Shown piece after piece: positions 30,800-40,454 of a stretch of 64,000 bases of DNA. The position numbers and the translations under genes are program-made. A model generated the notes under the pieces. It saw only the letters and a list, made by a program, of their open reading frames with translations. It was not told the origin of the DNA and searched no databases. Origin of the DNA: Candidatus Hydrogenedens sp. (GTDB lineage: Bacteria; Hydrogenedentota; Hydrogenedentia; Hydrogenedentales; Hydrogenedentaceae). Location: assembly GCA_049968235.1 (NCBI GenBank), contig JBMFRC010000001.1, positions 30,243-94,242 of the forward strand. Direction: 5' to 3'. Numbering within the stretch: the stretch's first letter is position 1; every line of letters starts with the position of its first letter.

Positions 30800-30943
30800 T
30801 TTTTATTATATTTTCATTCTAAAATTGTATTATACTCTTGTTATAATGTTGTAGTTTGTAATATTATTTTACGAAGTTTGTATAATAAATGATAGACGAA
30901 GAATTATTCAATTATTTTTTGAACACTATAAGGAGGTTTTACA

Positions 30944-31086
30944 TGAAACATACGAAATTAATGACACAAAAAGTTTCTACTCTTGAAACAGCATCAGCCT
31001 CTACAATTATTTCCATTATTGCTACTGTCCTTACTGCCATTGCAGGTTTATTGTCAGCACTTGGTCCAATTATTGCAAAGAGCTAA
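30944..31086 (+). CDS. Small (47 aa) hydrophobic peptide with single predicted TM helix
   Basis: Strong RBS AAGGAGG 6 nt upstream of the ATG at 30944. MKHTKLMTQKVSTLETASAS followed by a hydrophobic stretch IISIIATVLTAIAGLLSALGPII. The track lists a longer upstream start. Confidence 0.45.
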
Positions 31087-31162
31087 TTTAAAAAGTTGGA
31101 CAAATTAGACAAGTCGGAAATATCGGACTTGTCGGACAAGTCGTTCATATCTGAGGGAGGTA

Positions 31163-32347
31163 TTATACCAATTCAAATAATCCACTAATTCCCATTCCGC
31201 CACCAATACACATAGTGGCGATGCCTTTTTTTGACTTTCTCCGTTGCATTTCATAGATTAGGGTTGTTGTAATTCGCGCACCGGAGCAACCAATAGGATG
31301 TCCTAAAGCAATAGCACCTCCATTAACATTTACAATATCCGATTGAATTCCTAACTGTTGTATGCAAGGTATGGATTGAGCGGAAAAGGCTTCGTTAATT
31401 TCCCAGAGGTCAATATCATTTATTGTCAATTTATTTTTATCCAATAATTTTCGTGTAGCGAATATAGGTCCTAACCCCATACAAGCAGGCTCACAACCCA
31501 TTGATTGAATATCAATAATGTGTACAGGATTAAAAGCAGGTTTTATTTTAGATATGATATTTTCAGATACAAGAATAAGGGCAGATGCTCCATCGTTAAT
31601 ACCTGATGCATTTCCTGCAGTAACAGTCCCATTAGGCTTAAAAGCCGGTTTCAGTTTACTTAACTTTTCTAATGTTGTATCTGGACGAGGATGTTCATCT
31701 TTATCCAGGATAATCGTTCCTTTTTTTGTTTCTATAGTAATAGGAACTATTTCTTGCTGGAATAAGCCTTTTTCAAAGGCATGAGCATATTTCATCTGAC
31801 TTTCATAAGCGAATTGGTCCTGTGCTTCTCTGGACACTCCAAACTTTTCGGCTACATTTTCGGCGGTTATTCCCATATGGTATTGATTGAAGACATCCCA
31901 AAGTCCATCATAAATCATGCTATCAATCGCAGGGGTATCTCCCATTCGTGAACCGCGTCGTAAAGTTTTTAATAGATATGGTGCCTGAGACATATTCTCC
32001 ATACCGCCTGCGATAATAATATCTGCCCGTCCGGTGCGAATTGTTTGCCATGCTAATTCAATGGCTTTCATCCCAGAGCCACAAACCATATTTACTGTAT
32101 ATGCAGGTGTAGATTGAGGTATTCCGCTATGTATGGAAACCTGACGGGCTGGATTCTGCCCTAATCCTGCGGTTAATACCTCACCAAAAATAATTTCATC
32201 AACCTGTTCAGGAGTAATTTCGGGATGTCGTTGCAATAATTCTTTCACGACATGAGTTCCCAGTTGTACTGCGGATAGTTCTGCAAAGATACCGTTTAAA
32301 CTTCCAATAGGCGTTCTCAAAGCATCAATGATGAATACATTTTCCAT
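31163..32347 (-). CDS. Acetyl-CoA C-acetyltransferase (thiolase II)
   Basis: Thiolase N-terminal Cys region (NMVCGSG), C-terminal GHPIGCSGARI and CIGGGMG motifs. Confidence 0.9.
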   Translation of the reverse strand: MENVFIIDALRTPIGSLNGIFAELSAVQLGTHVVKELLQRHPEITPEQVDEIIFGEVLTAGLGQNPARQVSIHSGIPQSTPAYTVNMVCGSGMKAIELAWQTIRTGRADIIIAGGMENMSQAPYLLKTLRRGSRMGDTPAIDSMIYDGLWDVFNQYHMGITAENVAEKFGVSREAQDQFAYESQMKYAHAFEKGLFQQEIVPITIETKKGTIILDKDEHPRPDTTLEKLSKLKPAFKPNGTVTAGNASGINDGASALILVSENIISKIKPAFNPVHIIDIQSMGCEPACMGLGPIFATRKLLDKNKLTINDIDLWEINEAFSAQSIPCIQQLGIQSDIVNVNGGAIALGHPIGCSGARITTTLIYEMQRRKSKKGIATMCIGGGMGISGLFELV

Positions 32348-32511
32348 TTGCTATTCCTTTCAATAAATTTCAAATTATTATATTATGGAAATAATGTTAA
32401 ATTATATCTGTTTTGACTTGACAAATGGAATATTTATTTTTTAATATAAGAATATACTTAATGGTAAGTATAAACTAAAAATTTAACTTTATAAAAATGA
32501 AAGGGTTTATC

Positions 32512-32784
32512 ATGTCAGAAGAATTGAAAGCAAAATTTGAACAGGCTTCTAAAGATGTAACTCAATTGTCAGAAGCACCCGATGCTCAAACCAAACTAAG
32601 ATTGTATGCTCTTTATAAACAGGCTTCAGAAGGGGACTGCAAAGGTTCTCGTCCCGGTATGATGGATTTTATTGGCAGGGCGAAATATGATGCATGGAAA
32701 GCGTTAGAAGGAACATCACAAGAACAAGCCATGCAAATGTATATTGACCTCGTTGAAGAATTAAAAGCAAAGGATAAAAAATAG
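32512..32784 (+). CDS. Acyl-CoA-binding protein (ACBP)
   Basis: LYALYKQASEGDC...PGMMDFIGRAKYDAWK matches the ACBP signature. Confidence 0.8.
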   Translation: MSEELKAKFEQASKDVTQLSEAPDAQTKLRLYALYKQASEGDCKGSRPGMMDFIGRAKYDAWKALEGTSQEQAMQMYIDLVEELKAKDKK

Positions 32785-32814
32785 TTTTGTAGTCCGTTTT
32801 ATTTGTAGTAAAAA

Positions 32815-32862
32815 GGAAACCGCTTCTAAACAATTAGAAGCGGTTTCTTTATTTATGGCTCT
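32815..32862. terminator. Bidirectional intrinsic terminator between convergent ACBP and ppdK genes
   Basis: Perfect 14-bp stem GAAACCGCTTCTAA/TTAGAAGCGGTTTC with a 4-nt loop. It is flanked by an A-run upstream and TTTATTTAT downstream. Confidence 0.8.
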
Positions 32863-32874
32863 AAATGAATAATC

Positions 32875-35664
32875 TTATTTTTTGCGAGAGGTTTTCTTCC
32901 CCTTGCTTTTTTTACTGGACTTTGCTGATTTTGCTGTTTTGTTACGAGGGCTTTCGATTTCTGCCTGTGCTGAGGCAAACCGTGCAATAGGAACACGGTA
33001 AGGACTGCAACTTACATAATTTAAGCCGACACGATGACAGAATTTAACAGAAGAAGGTTCACCACCATGCTCACCGCATATACCACATTTCAGATCGGGT
33101 CGTGTGGCTCTTCCTTTTTCTACAGCCATTTGAATAAGTTGTCCAATTCCTTCCTGGTCTAAAATTTCAAATGGGTCTGCAGGAAGGATTTTATTTTCTA
33201 AGTAAACAGGCAAGAAACTACCGATATCATCACGGGAGAAGCCAAAGCCCATTTGCGTGAGGTCGTTGGTTCCGAAACTGAAGAATTCCGCAGTTTCTGC
33301 AATTTTATTTGCAGTTAAAGCGGCGCGTGGAACTTCAATCATGGTGCCGACCATATAATTAATTTTTACGCCCATTTCTTTCATGACATCGCTGGCTATT
33401 TTATGAATGATAGCAACCTGATTATCTAATTCTTGTTTTGTGCCGACAAGCGGAACCATAATTTCAGGAAGGACCTTTATCTTCTGCTTAATCAATGTTC
33501 CTGCGGCTTCCAGGATAGCACGGGCTTGCATTTCGGTGATTTCGGGATAGGTAATACCTAAACGGCAACCCCGATGTCCTAACATGGGATTCATTTCATG
33601 CAATTTCTCTACACGTGTTTTTATTTCTTCAATAGTTACATTGCAAACCTTCGCCAGATTTTGAAGTTCTTCGGGGTCTTCTAAAAGGCTACCTACGAAT
33701 TCATGTAATGGTGGGTCAAGTAAACGAACGGTTACCGGTCTACCATTCATGGCTTTGAAAATACCAATGAAATCTTCTTTCTGGAAAGGTAAAAGTTTCA
33801 TAACAGCAGAACGACGTTCTTCTTGATTCTTAGCCAGAATCATTTCACGCATGTGTATGATTCGTTCCGGCTGGAAGAACATGTGTTCCGTGCGAGCCAG
33901 ACCGATACCTTCTGCCCCAAATTCTACTGCTTTCTCTGCATCGTCCGGGCGTTCTGCATTTGTACGAACTTTCAATACACGAATTTCATCTGCCCATTTC
34001 ATAATAGAAGCAAACCATTTATTCTTTTCGGGTTGAGCAGGGATAACCTTGAGTGCGCCCTTGTAAACTTTTCCGATGCTCCCGTTCATGGAAATCCAGT
34101 CTCCTTCTTTCAAGACTTCACCCGCGACATGGATTTCTTTCTTTTCAAGGTCGATATGTAAACTACCACAACCTACGATACAGCATTTACCCCAGCCGCG
34201 AGCTACCAATGCGGCGTGAGATGTCATACCGCCTCTTGCGGTTAGAATGGCTTCTGCTGCGTGCATACCATGGACATCTTCGGGAGAGGTTTCTTCGCGG
34301 ACAAGAATAACTTTTTCACCTTTCTTTGCCCATGCTTCTGCGTCATCTGCAGTTAACACGATTTTCCCTACTGCACCACCGGGTCCTGCAGGTAATCCTT
34401 TCGCAATGATTTTCGCTTTTTGTTCTTCTGATGGGTCTAACATTGGATGCAAGAATTCATCAAGTTGAGCAGGTTTTACACGCATAATGGCTGTTTTTTT
34501 ATCAATCAATTTTTCATTTGCCATATCTACAGCAATTCGGACAGCTGCCATACCGGTACGTTTTCCGGTGCGAGTTTGTAACATAAAGAGTTTGCCTTCT
34601 TCGATGGTAAATTCAATATCCTGCATATCTGTAAAATGTTTTTCTAATTTATTGCGAATACCGACTAACTCTTTATAAGTTTTGGGCATTAATTTTTCTA
34701 ATGAAGGGAGATGTTGGTTTTCTTGACTTTTTGTGGCTTCGTTTAATGGATAAGGTGTGCGAATACCCGCAACGACATCTTCGCCCTGTGCGTTGATAAG
34801 CCATTCACCATAGAACTTGTTCTCGCCTGTGGCGGGGTTTCGTGTGAAGGCAACACCTGTTGCAGAGGTCTCACCTAAATTACCAAAGACCATAGATTGT
34901 ACATTTACCGCTGTTCCCCAATCATCGGGAATTTTCTCGATACGACGGTAAGCAATAGCCCGTTTTCCGTTCCATGATTGGAATACTGCTTTAATGGCTC
35001 CCCATAATTGTTCATTGGGGTCATCAGGAAATTCTTTCTTTAATGTATTTACAATAATCTGTTTGAATTTTTCACTTAATACTTTTAGGTCGTCAGCGGT
35101 AAGTTCAGTGTCCAGTTTTACACCTTTTTGCTTTTTCAATTCATCCATTGCAGATTCCATTTGTTTTCGGACTGCCATCTCTTCTTTTTCAGGTTCGATA
35201 CCCGCTGCCTTTTCCATAACGACATCCGCATACATCATAATAAGACGGCGATAAGAATCATATACGAAACGTTCATTCTTTGTTTTCTCAATGAGTCCGG
35301 GAATTGTTTTAGAGCAAAGACCAACATTGAGTACGGTCTCCATCATTCCGGGCATGGAAATACGGGCTCCAGAGCGAACAGATACTAACAGAGGATTTTT
35401 GGGGTCACCGAATTTTTTGCCCATTGTTTTTTCTACTTTTTGTAATGCCTTTTTAACTTCTTCAACGAGGGAAGATGGAAGTTTCCCTTTGTTGGCGTAA
35501 TATTCTGTGCACATTTCTGTTGAAATTGTAAACCCTGCGGGGACGGGAATACCTAAATTTGCCATTTCAGCAAGGTTGGCTCCTTTTCCTCCGAGAATCT
35601 CTTTCATATCGGCTCGGCCTTCTGCCTTACCTCCACCAAAGAAATAAACGAATTTTTTACTCAT
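32875..35664 (-). CDS. ppdK: Pyruvate, phosphate dikinase with Lys-rich C-terminal tail
   Basis: ATP-grasp N-terminus, central phospho-His domain (GGMTSHAALVARGWG), C-terminal PEP-utilising domain with the catalytic Cys region. Confidence 0.9.
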   Translation of the reverse strand: MSKKFVYFFGGGKAEGRADMKEILGGKGANLAEMANLGIPVPAGFTISTEMCTEYYANKGKLPSSLVEEVKKALQKVEKTMGKKFGDPKNPLLVSVRSGARISMPGMMETVLNVGLCSKTIPGLIEKTKNERFVYDSYRRLIMMYADVVMEKAAGIEPEKEEMAVRKQMESAMDELKKQKGVKLDTELTADDLKVLSEKFKQIIVNTLKKEFPDDPNEQLWGAIKAVFQSWNGKRAIAYRRIEKIPDDWGTAVNVQSMVFGNLGETSATGVAFTRNPATGENKFYGEWLINAQGEDVVAGIRTPYPLNEATKSQENQHLPSLEKLMPKTYKELVGIRNKLEKHFTDMQDIEFTIEEGKLFMLQTRTGKRTGMAAVRIAVDMANEKLIDKKTAIMRVKPAQLDEFLHPMLDPSEEQKAKIIAKGLPAGPGGAVGKIVLTADDAEAWAKKGEKVILVREETSPEDVHGMHAAEAILTARGGMTSHAALVARGWGKCCIVGCGSLHIDLEKKEIHVAGEVLKEGDWISMNGSIGKVYKGALKVIPAQPEKNKWFASIMKWADEIRVLKVRTNAERPDDAEKAVEFGAEGIGLARTEHMFFQPERIIHMREMILAKNQEERRSAVMKLLPFQKEDFIGIFKAMNGRPVTVRLLDPPLHEFVGSLLEDPEELQNLAKVCNVTIEEIKTRVEKLHEMNPMLGHRGCRLGITYPEITEMQARAILEAAGTLIKQKIKVLPEIMVPLVGTKQELDNQVAIIHKIASDVMKEMGVKINYMVGTMIEVPRAALTANKIAETAEFFSFGTNDLTQMGFGFSRDDIGSFLPVYLENKILPADPFEILDQEGIGQLIQMAVEKGRATRPDLKCGICGEHGGEPSSVKFCHRVGLNYVSCSPYRVPIARFASAQAEIESPRNKTAKSAKSSKKSKGKKTSRKK

Positions 35665-35911
35665 AAAAATTTTCTCCTTTATTATAGGTTTAATTGTTTA
35701 TATGTTTTTTTACCATAAAATCTGTATCTAAAAAATAAAAAAACCCTTCTTTATAGGGAATTGTAGAGAAATGCTACTCGTATTATTTATGTAATCAAAA
35801 CAAGGATATGATATTATAATACTTTCAGAGTGATATTATCAAAAATTATTTGCTTGTAGAATTTTTTGAAATTATTTTATTTTTATAGAAGTATGAAGGT
35901 AATAGTAAAGA

Positions 35912-37447
35912 ATGTCCGTAAATAATAACAATACAGAGAATATGGGGCGTACCTTTTCTGAAAGTAAGGAAGCCTGGTATAAAAGTCCTGCATTACGATT
36001 TGTTCTGTTTTTTATAATCGTTGTTGTTAGTTTTTTAACGGCGTATCGTTATTTAATTCGGACTACATGGAACGACTTCTATCTTTTCACTTTAGCGAGG
36101 AATACATGCTGGGTTTTGAATAAGATAGGAGATAATGCGACATTAGAAGGTCTTCCACAGAATACACCTCCAGAGGAATGCAGGGCATGGTTATCAGCCT
36201 GGGCAAGAGGTGCGAATCAACCGGCACCTGAGGATTATATTAATGTTAGCAAGGGACCTTTAACTGCATGGGAACAGTGGTCATATCGTGCTCAGAAGAC
36301 GAGGAAACAAGGTGGACAAACCAAGTTAGGTCCACGAGTTGTATTTGTTTTAAAGGAAGGTTTGTTACCTAAGATAACCAATCTGGAAGAAAAAATAAGA
36401 GAACTAAATCGTAACACAAGTTTATCGGAACCCGAAAAAGCAAGTATATTGGCAAAATATAATACAGAGTTACAAGCATTAAGAGTGCAGTATGCAGAAG
36501 CCCAGAAAAATCCTAAAGAGAATCGGCAGATAAGTGGATATATTTTTCCATTCATTATTATTTCGGAATGTGGTGCTATAGAAATTATGGCTATATTTTT
36601 TGCCGCGGTAATTGCATATCCGACGCTTTTTCGTAAGAAGTTATTGGGGATAGTGGTTGGAATACCATTAATGTATTTTGTTAATATTTTTCGTTTGACT
36701 TTTCTGGCAATTGTAGGGGCATTAAATTCGGGAGGGAAATGGTTTGAATTTTTACATTACTATGTCTGGCAGGCAGTATATATTGTTTTCGTGGTAGCAG
36801 TATGGCTTGCATGGATTGAATTCGTTGTATATGCAGAAACCAGGGAAGGAATGTCTTTGCGAGACCGTATATTTCAGATATTCCAGAGGAAAACTTTGCT
36901 TCCTCTATTTCAGACTTTGCTTTTCTGCATAAAATTTATTCTTGTAGTGGTTCCGCTGGTATGTATCTGGTGGGCTTTAATTCCTGTGTATGGGTGGATA
37001 CTTGTGCAGGTATCCGGCTCTATTTTGAGATTTATAATGGGTGTGCCTATTATGGCAGGTGGAATCCGACCTTCAGGTTTCTTAAATACTGCTTCTACCA
37101 TTTATTTTGTTATACAGGGGTATGAATTTGAGAAGACATCGCCCATTGCTTTGTTAATCACAAATCTACCTCCTTTTATTTCCCTGATGTTGATTACACG
37201 GATACCATGGTTAAGTCGTTTGAAGAAAATGTTATGGGGTGCTGGTATAATCATATTGGGGCATATCCTGTTTATCGTCATAGTACTTCGTTATCAGGAG
37301 GTATTAAAGGCATACAGCGAATTACCTATGGCAGTAATTCAGTTTTACCTTACGATGCCATTTATGTTATGGATAGCCATGGTATTCCGTGAGCGATTTC
37401 TAAATCGTTCTGCTAACGGTCTCTTTTCCAATAAGAAACAGGGATAA
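35912..37447 (+). CDS. Polytopic membrane protein, exosortase/archaeosortase-like C-terminal domain with ~200-aa N-terminal extension
   Basis: Multi-TM C-terminal half with ISECGAIEI (possible exosortase Cys motif). The N-terminal part has a coiled-coil-like soluble segment. Confidence 0.4.
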   Translation: MSVNNNNTENMGRTFSESKEAWYKSPALRFVLFFIIVVVSFLTAYRYLIRTTWNDFYLFTLARNTCWVLNKIGDNATLEGLPQNTPPEECRAWLSAWARGANQPAPEDYINVSKGPLTAWEQWSYRAQKTRKQGGQTKLGPRVVFVLKEGLLPKITNLEEKIRELNRNTSLSEPEKASILAKYNTELQALRVQYAEAQKNPKENRQISGYIFPFIIISECGAIEIMAIFFAAVIAYPTLFRKKLLGIVVGIPLMYFVNIFRLTFLAIVGALNSGGKWFEFLHYYVWQAVYIVFVVAVWLAWIEFVVYAETREGMSLRDRIFQIFQRKTLLPLFQTLLFCIKFILVVVPLVCIWWALIPVYGWILVQVSGSILRFIMGVPIMAGGIRPSGFLNTASTIYFVIQGYEFEKTSPIALLITNLPPFISLMLITRIPWLSRLKKMLWGAGIIILGHILFIVIVLRYQEVLKAYSELPMAVIQFYLTMPFMLWIAMVFRERFLNRSANGLFSNKKQG

Positions 37448-37499
37448 AATCCCTTACATTCGCCTGCTCCAATTAAAGAAATTTGTCTTTTTTGCCGAC

Positions 37500-37820
37500 A
37501 TAAATAATGTAACTTTATGTTGGAAAAGGAACCCGACGAAAGAAGGAGACTGACAATGAATACAACATCAATCGCACCGGTCAGCATCGTCGGGGCCGGA
37601 CTAAGCCAGTTTCGACTGCAGTCTCAATCTGCGGATGGAGTAGGATTGAAGGAGCAACCTATGCCTTCTACAGACTTGGGGACAGCGACTCTGGAACTTA
37701 TACTTCGGACTCTGTCGCTTAATGAGTCGGAGGGGCACGACCTCGATGTGCTGGCTTAGCACTCAATCTGTCCTTTTCCGAGGGAGGCAGAACAAGGATG
37801 TGGATGCCTCCCTTTTTTAT
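37500..37820 (+). other. GC-rich (locally much higher than surroundings) structured element ending in an intrinsic terminator; candidate ncRNA or 67-aa small ORF (ATG 37555)
   Basis: Several internal inverted repeats (CCCGACG/CGTCGGG, GACTGCAGTC) and a terminal hairpin GGGAGGCA...TGCCTCCC followed by T6. Sharp compositional contrast with the flanking AT-rich DNA. Confidence 0.4.
37782..37818 (+). terminator. Rho-independent terminator
   Basis: GGGAGGCAG-loop-CTGCCTCCC... stem followed by TTTTTT. Confidence 0.75.
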
Positions 37821-38069
37821 TTATAAGATGGATTTATTCTCATTACTTTACAATCTAAATATTCATTCACAACTGCACCCGTCCCAAAAATTTCAGCATC
37901 TATCTGCGGGACTTTATTCACCCTTTTGGGATGACTAAATAGGGTATTTTTTACTCACAATAATTTGTACCCTTTGTAGTTCAAAACTATTTTCGAAATT
38001 TTGCACATATTTAAAGTATAATTTAGTGCATATATTATCAATTTTCCCGTAATTTAAAAAGGATTTTTT

Positions 38070-39221
38070 ATGGCTATTGAACCGCATGGTGGAAAGTTAG
38101 TGAATCGTTTTGTCCCCGCTGATGAGAAGATAAAAAAGATAGAAGAGGCTAAAAAATTAAAGCAAATAATATTAGATGAATATTTATCTTTTGATTTAGA
38201 TTGTATTGCTAAAGGGATATTTAGCCCTCTGGAAGGTTTCATGGGAGAAGAAGAAACCTTGTCAAGTCTGGAGACCATGCATATTCGTAAAACAATTCCA
38301 TGGACGATTCCCATTCTTTTGGATGTCTCATTGGATAAAGCGGAGGGAATTGAGATAGGCGAAGTTGTAGGTTTATATAGTTCTGACAATGGATTGGTAG
38401 GGACCATAACCATTCAGGAGAAATTTCGATTAGATAAAAAATACCTTGCAGAAAAAGTATATGGTACTACTGATGAACAGCATCCCGGTGTAAAAAGGAC
38501 GTATAGTCGAGGGGATGTTTTTATATCAGGTCCTGTAGAGGTTTTTGACAGGAAGATTATTGAATTTGAAGAATACAATTTACCTCCCCAGCAAACGCGC
38601 ACTATTTTTGAAGAACGGGGATGGAAACGAATAGTCGCTTTCCAAACAAGAAATCCGATACATAGGGCTCATGAATATCTTACAAAATGTGCTTTAGAGA
38701 TATGTGATGGGCTTCTAATACATCCTTTAATGGGGACTACCAAAAGTGATGATATACCGGGGAGTGTTCGTATGGAATGTTATAAAGCACTGATTGAAAA
38801 TTATTATCCTGATGACCATATCCTGTTGAGTATTATGCCTGTAAATATGAGATATGCAGGTCCTAAAGAAGCGATTATGCATGCTATTGTTCGTAAGAAT
38901 TATGGTTGCACACATTTTATTGTGGGAAGAGACCATGCGGGTGTAGGAAATTACTACGGCACTTATGATGCACAAAAGATTTTTGATAATTTTAATCCTG
39001 AAGAATTAAAAATCACCCCTCTATTTTTTGACCATACCTTCTATTGTCAGGCATGCGGGAATATGGCATCTATAAAGACCTGTCCTCATGATAGTACGAA
39101 ACATGTAATATTAAGTGGGACAAAGGTTCGGGAAATGCTGAAGAGAGGAGAAATTTTACCGGAGGAATTTACAAGGAAAGAGGTTGCCTCTGTTTTAATA
39201 AAATGGGCACAAAATGGATAA
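38070..39221 (+). CDS. sat: Sulfate adenylyltransferase (ATP sulfurylase)
   Basis: QTRNPIHRAHE and GRDHAG motifs. PUA-like N-domain. Confidence 0.85.
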   Translation: MAIEPHGGKLVNRFVPADEKIKKIEEAKKLKQIILDEYLSFDLDCIAKGIFSPLEGFMGEEETLSSLETMHIRKTIPWTIPILLDVSLDKAEGIEIGEVVGLYSSDNGLVGTITIQEKFRLDKKYLAEKVYGTTDEQHPGVKRTYSRGDVFISGPVEVFDRKIIEFEEYNLPPQQTRTIFEERGWKRIVAFQTRNPIHRAHEYLTKCALEICDGLLIHPLMGTTKSDDIPGSVRMECYKALIENYYPDDHILLSIMPVNMRYAGPKEAIMHAIVRKNYGCTHFIVGRDHAGVGNYYGTYDAQKIFDNFNPEELKITPLFFDHTFYCQACGNMASIKTCPHDSTKHVILSGTKVREMLKRGEILPEEFTRKEVASVLIKWAQNG

Positions 39222-39252
39222 ATGCATCAGGATAAAATAAAAGAGGGACTTC

Positions 39253-40305
39253 ATGAAAGTAGGGATTAATTTATTTGCTTCTGAGGAATTTGAGTCGGAT
39301 GACCTCTTTTGTCGGTTTTTATATAAATGTCTTTCGCATGCGACCCAATTGCAGGAGACAACAGAGTTCTTCGTCTTTTTTAATAAAGAGATGGGATATG
39401 AACAATGGGCAGGATGTCCTGTTATAACAGAAACCCGTAAACAGGAAGGTTTCTTTTCTTCTTTTTCAATTCGGGGTTCTGTGTTAGACCCAATTTTACG
39501 GAAGTTTAAAATTGAGGTTGTAATTACACCTTTAGAAACAGCTCATCTTATCACATGTGTTCCCTGTATTCCATTGATAATTCATACAGAAAATTGGTAT
39601 CGGGGTATTTTGAAAGAGGACTTTTTTCGCAAGCGTGATGTAAAAAGGATATTCCATGAAAGCCCTTTATGGCTAACGGCCTCTGAATATACGCGTCGTA
39701 GTTGTCTGGATGTATGGAAAATTCCATTAAATAAAATTGTGGCTTTACCTGCAGGTGTAGAGCCTGCACTTTCTCAAGTAGCCCCTCCATTAATAACCCC
39801 TCCGTATCTGGTTTCTGTTATAGATGATGCGACCATCCATTATTTACCGGAAACATTAGAAGTGTTGCAATATTTCTGTAAAGAAACGCCTCATACGATA
39901 GTTCTTCTCGGAAGAAAACATATAAAAGAACCTGTAAACTGGGGAGATAATATTTTTCGAATAGAAGAGTGTCCGGACCGTACATTATCGGGTTTATACC
40001 AGCATACGACTGCATTTATATATCCAGCCATTCATGATGGTAGTGCTTTACGACCCATAGAAGCCATGCAAGCGGGAACATGCGTTGTAACACCTTCAAC
40101 CGCTGTAATGGAAGAACGATGCGGGGAATTGCCGTTTTATTACTCTGCGGAAAATCCTTCCTCCTTGAATGCTGTTCTTCATCGTATTATAAATCTCCCT
40201 TCTGAGGAGCGAAAAGAGCGGATTCGATTGGGAAGACTGAGAGTAGTGGAATATACATGGGAACAAACAACATGGAAACTCATTACTGCTTTGAAGCGTA
40301 TTTAA
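39253..40305 (+). CDS. Glycosyltransferase, GT-B fold (family 1/4-like)
   Basis: C-terminal ...PAIHDGSALRPIEAMQAGTCVVT...E motif of the GT4 type. Confidence 0.6.
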   Translation: MKVGINLFASEEFESDDLFCRFLYKCLSHATQLQETTEFFVFFNKEMGYEQWAGCPVITETRKQEGFFSSFSIRGSVLDPILRKFKIEVVITPLETAHLITCVPCIPLIIHTENWYRGILKEDFFRKRDVKRIFHESPLWLTASEYTRRSCLDVWKIPLNKIVALPAGVEPALSQVAPPLITPPYLVSVIDDATIHYLPETLEVLQYFCKETPHTIVLLGRKHIKEPVNWGDNIFRIEECPDRTLSGLYQHTTAFIYPAIHDGSALRPIEAMQAGTCVVTPSTAVMEERCGELPFYYSAENPSSLNAVLHRIINLPSEERKERIRLGRLRVVEYTWEQTTWKLITALKRI

Positions 40306-40454
40306 TATTTTTTTGCATGAAATTTACTAATGGTTTATGATAAAAAATATAGATTGGATATGTTAGTTGTCTGACAAGTCGGATAGCTCGGATGAGTCAG
40401 ACCTGTAGGATAAAGTGGATTTAATTAAGAGTTAAAATATAAAAGGATTGGATT

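Noticed and set aside
33823-35500. Numerous + strand ORFs inside ppdK, and similar antisense ORFs inside addA, addB, dxs, the Mrp genes and the giant PKD gene
   Set aside because: They are entirely antisense to or embedded in well-supported long genes, with no RBS. Typical shadow ORFs.
37500-37820. tmRNA or SRP RNA identity for the GC-rich element (GGGGCCGGACUAAGCCAGUUUCGAC resembles a tmRNA 5' end, and the ORF ends ...DLDVLA)
   Set aside because: There is no tRNA-like 3' end or T-arm GGUUCGA, and the element ends in a plain terminator. The SRP domain IV GGAA/AGCAGC motif is absent. Left as an unclassified candidate ncRNA.
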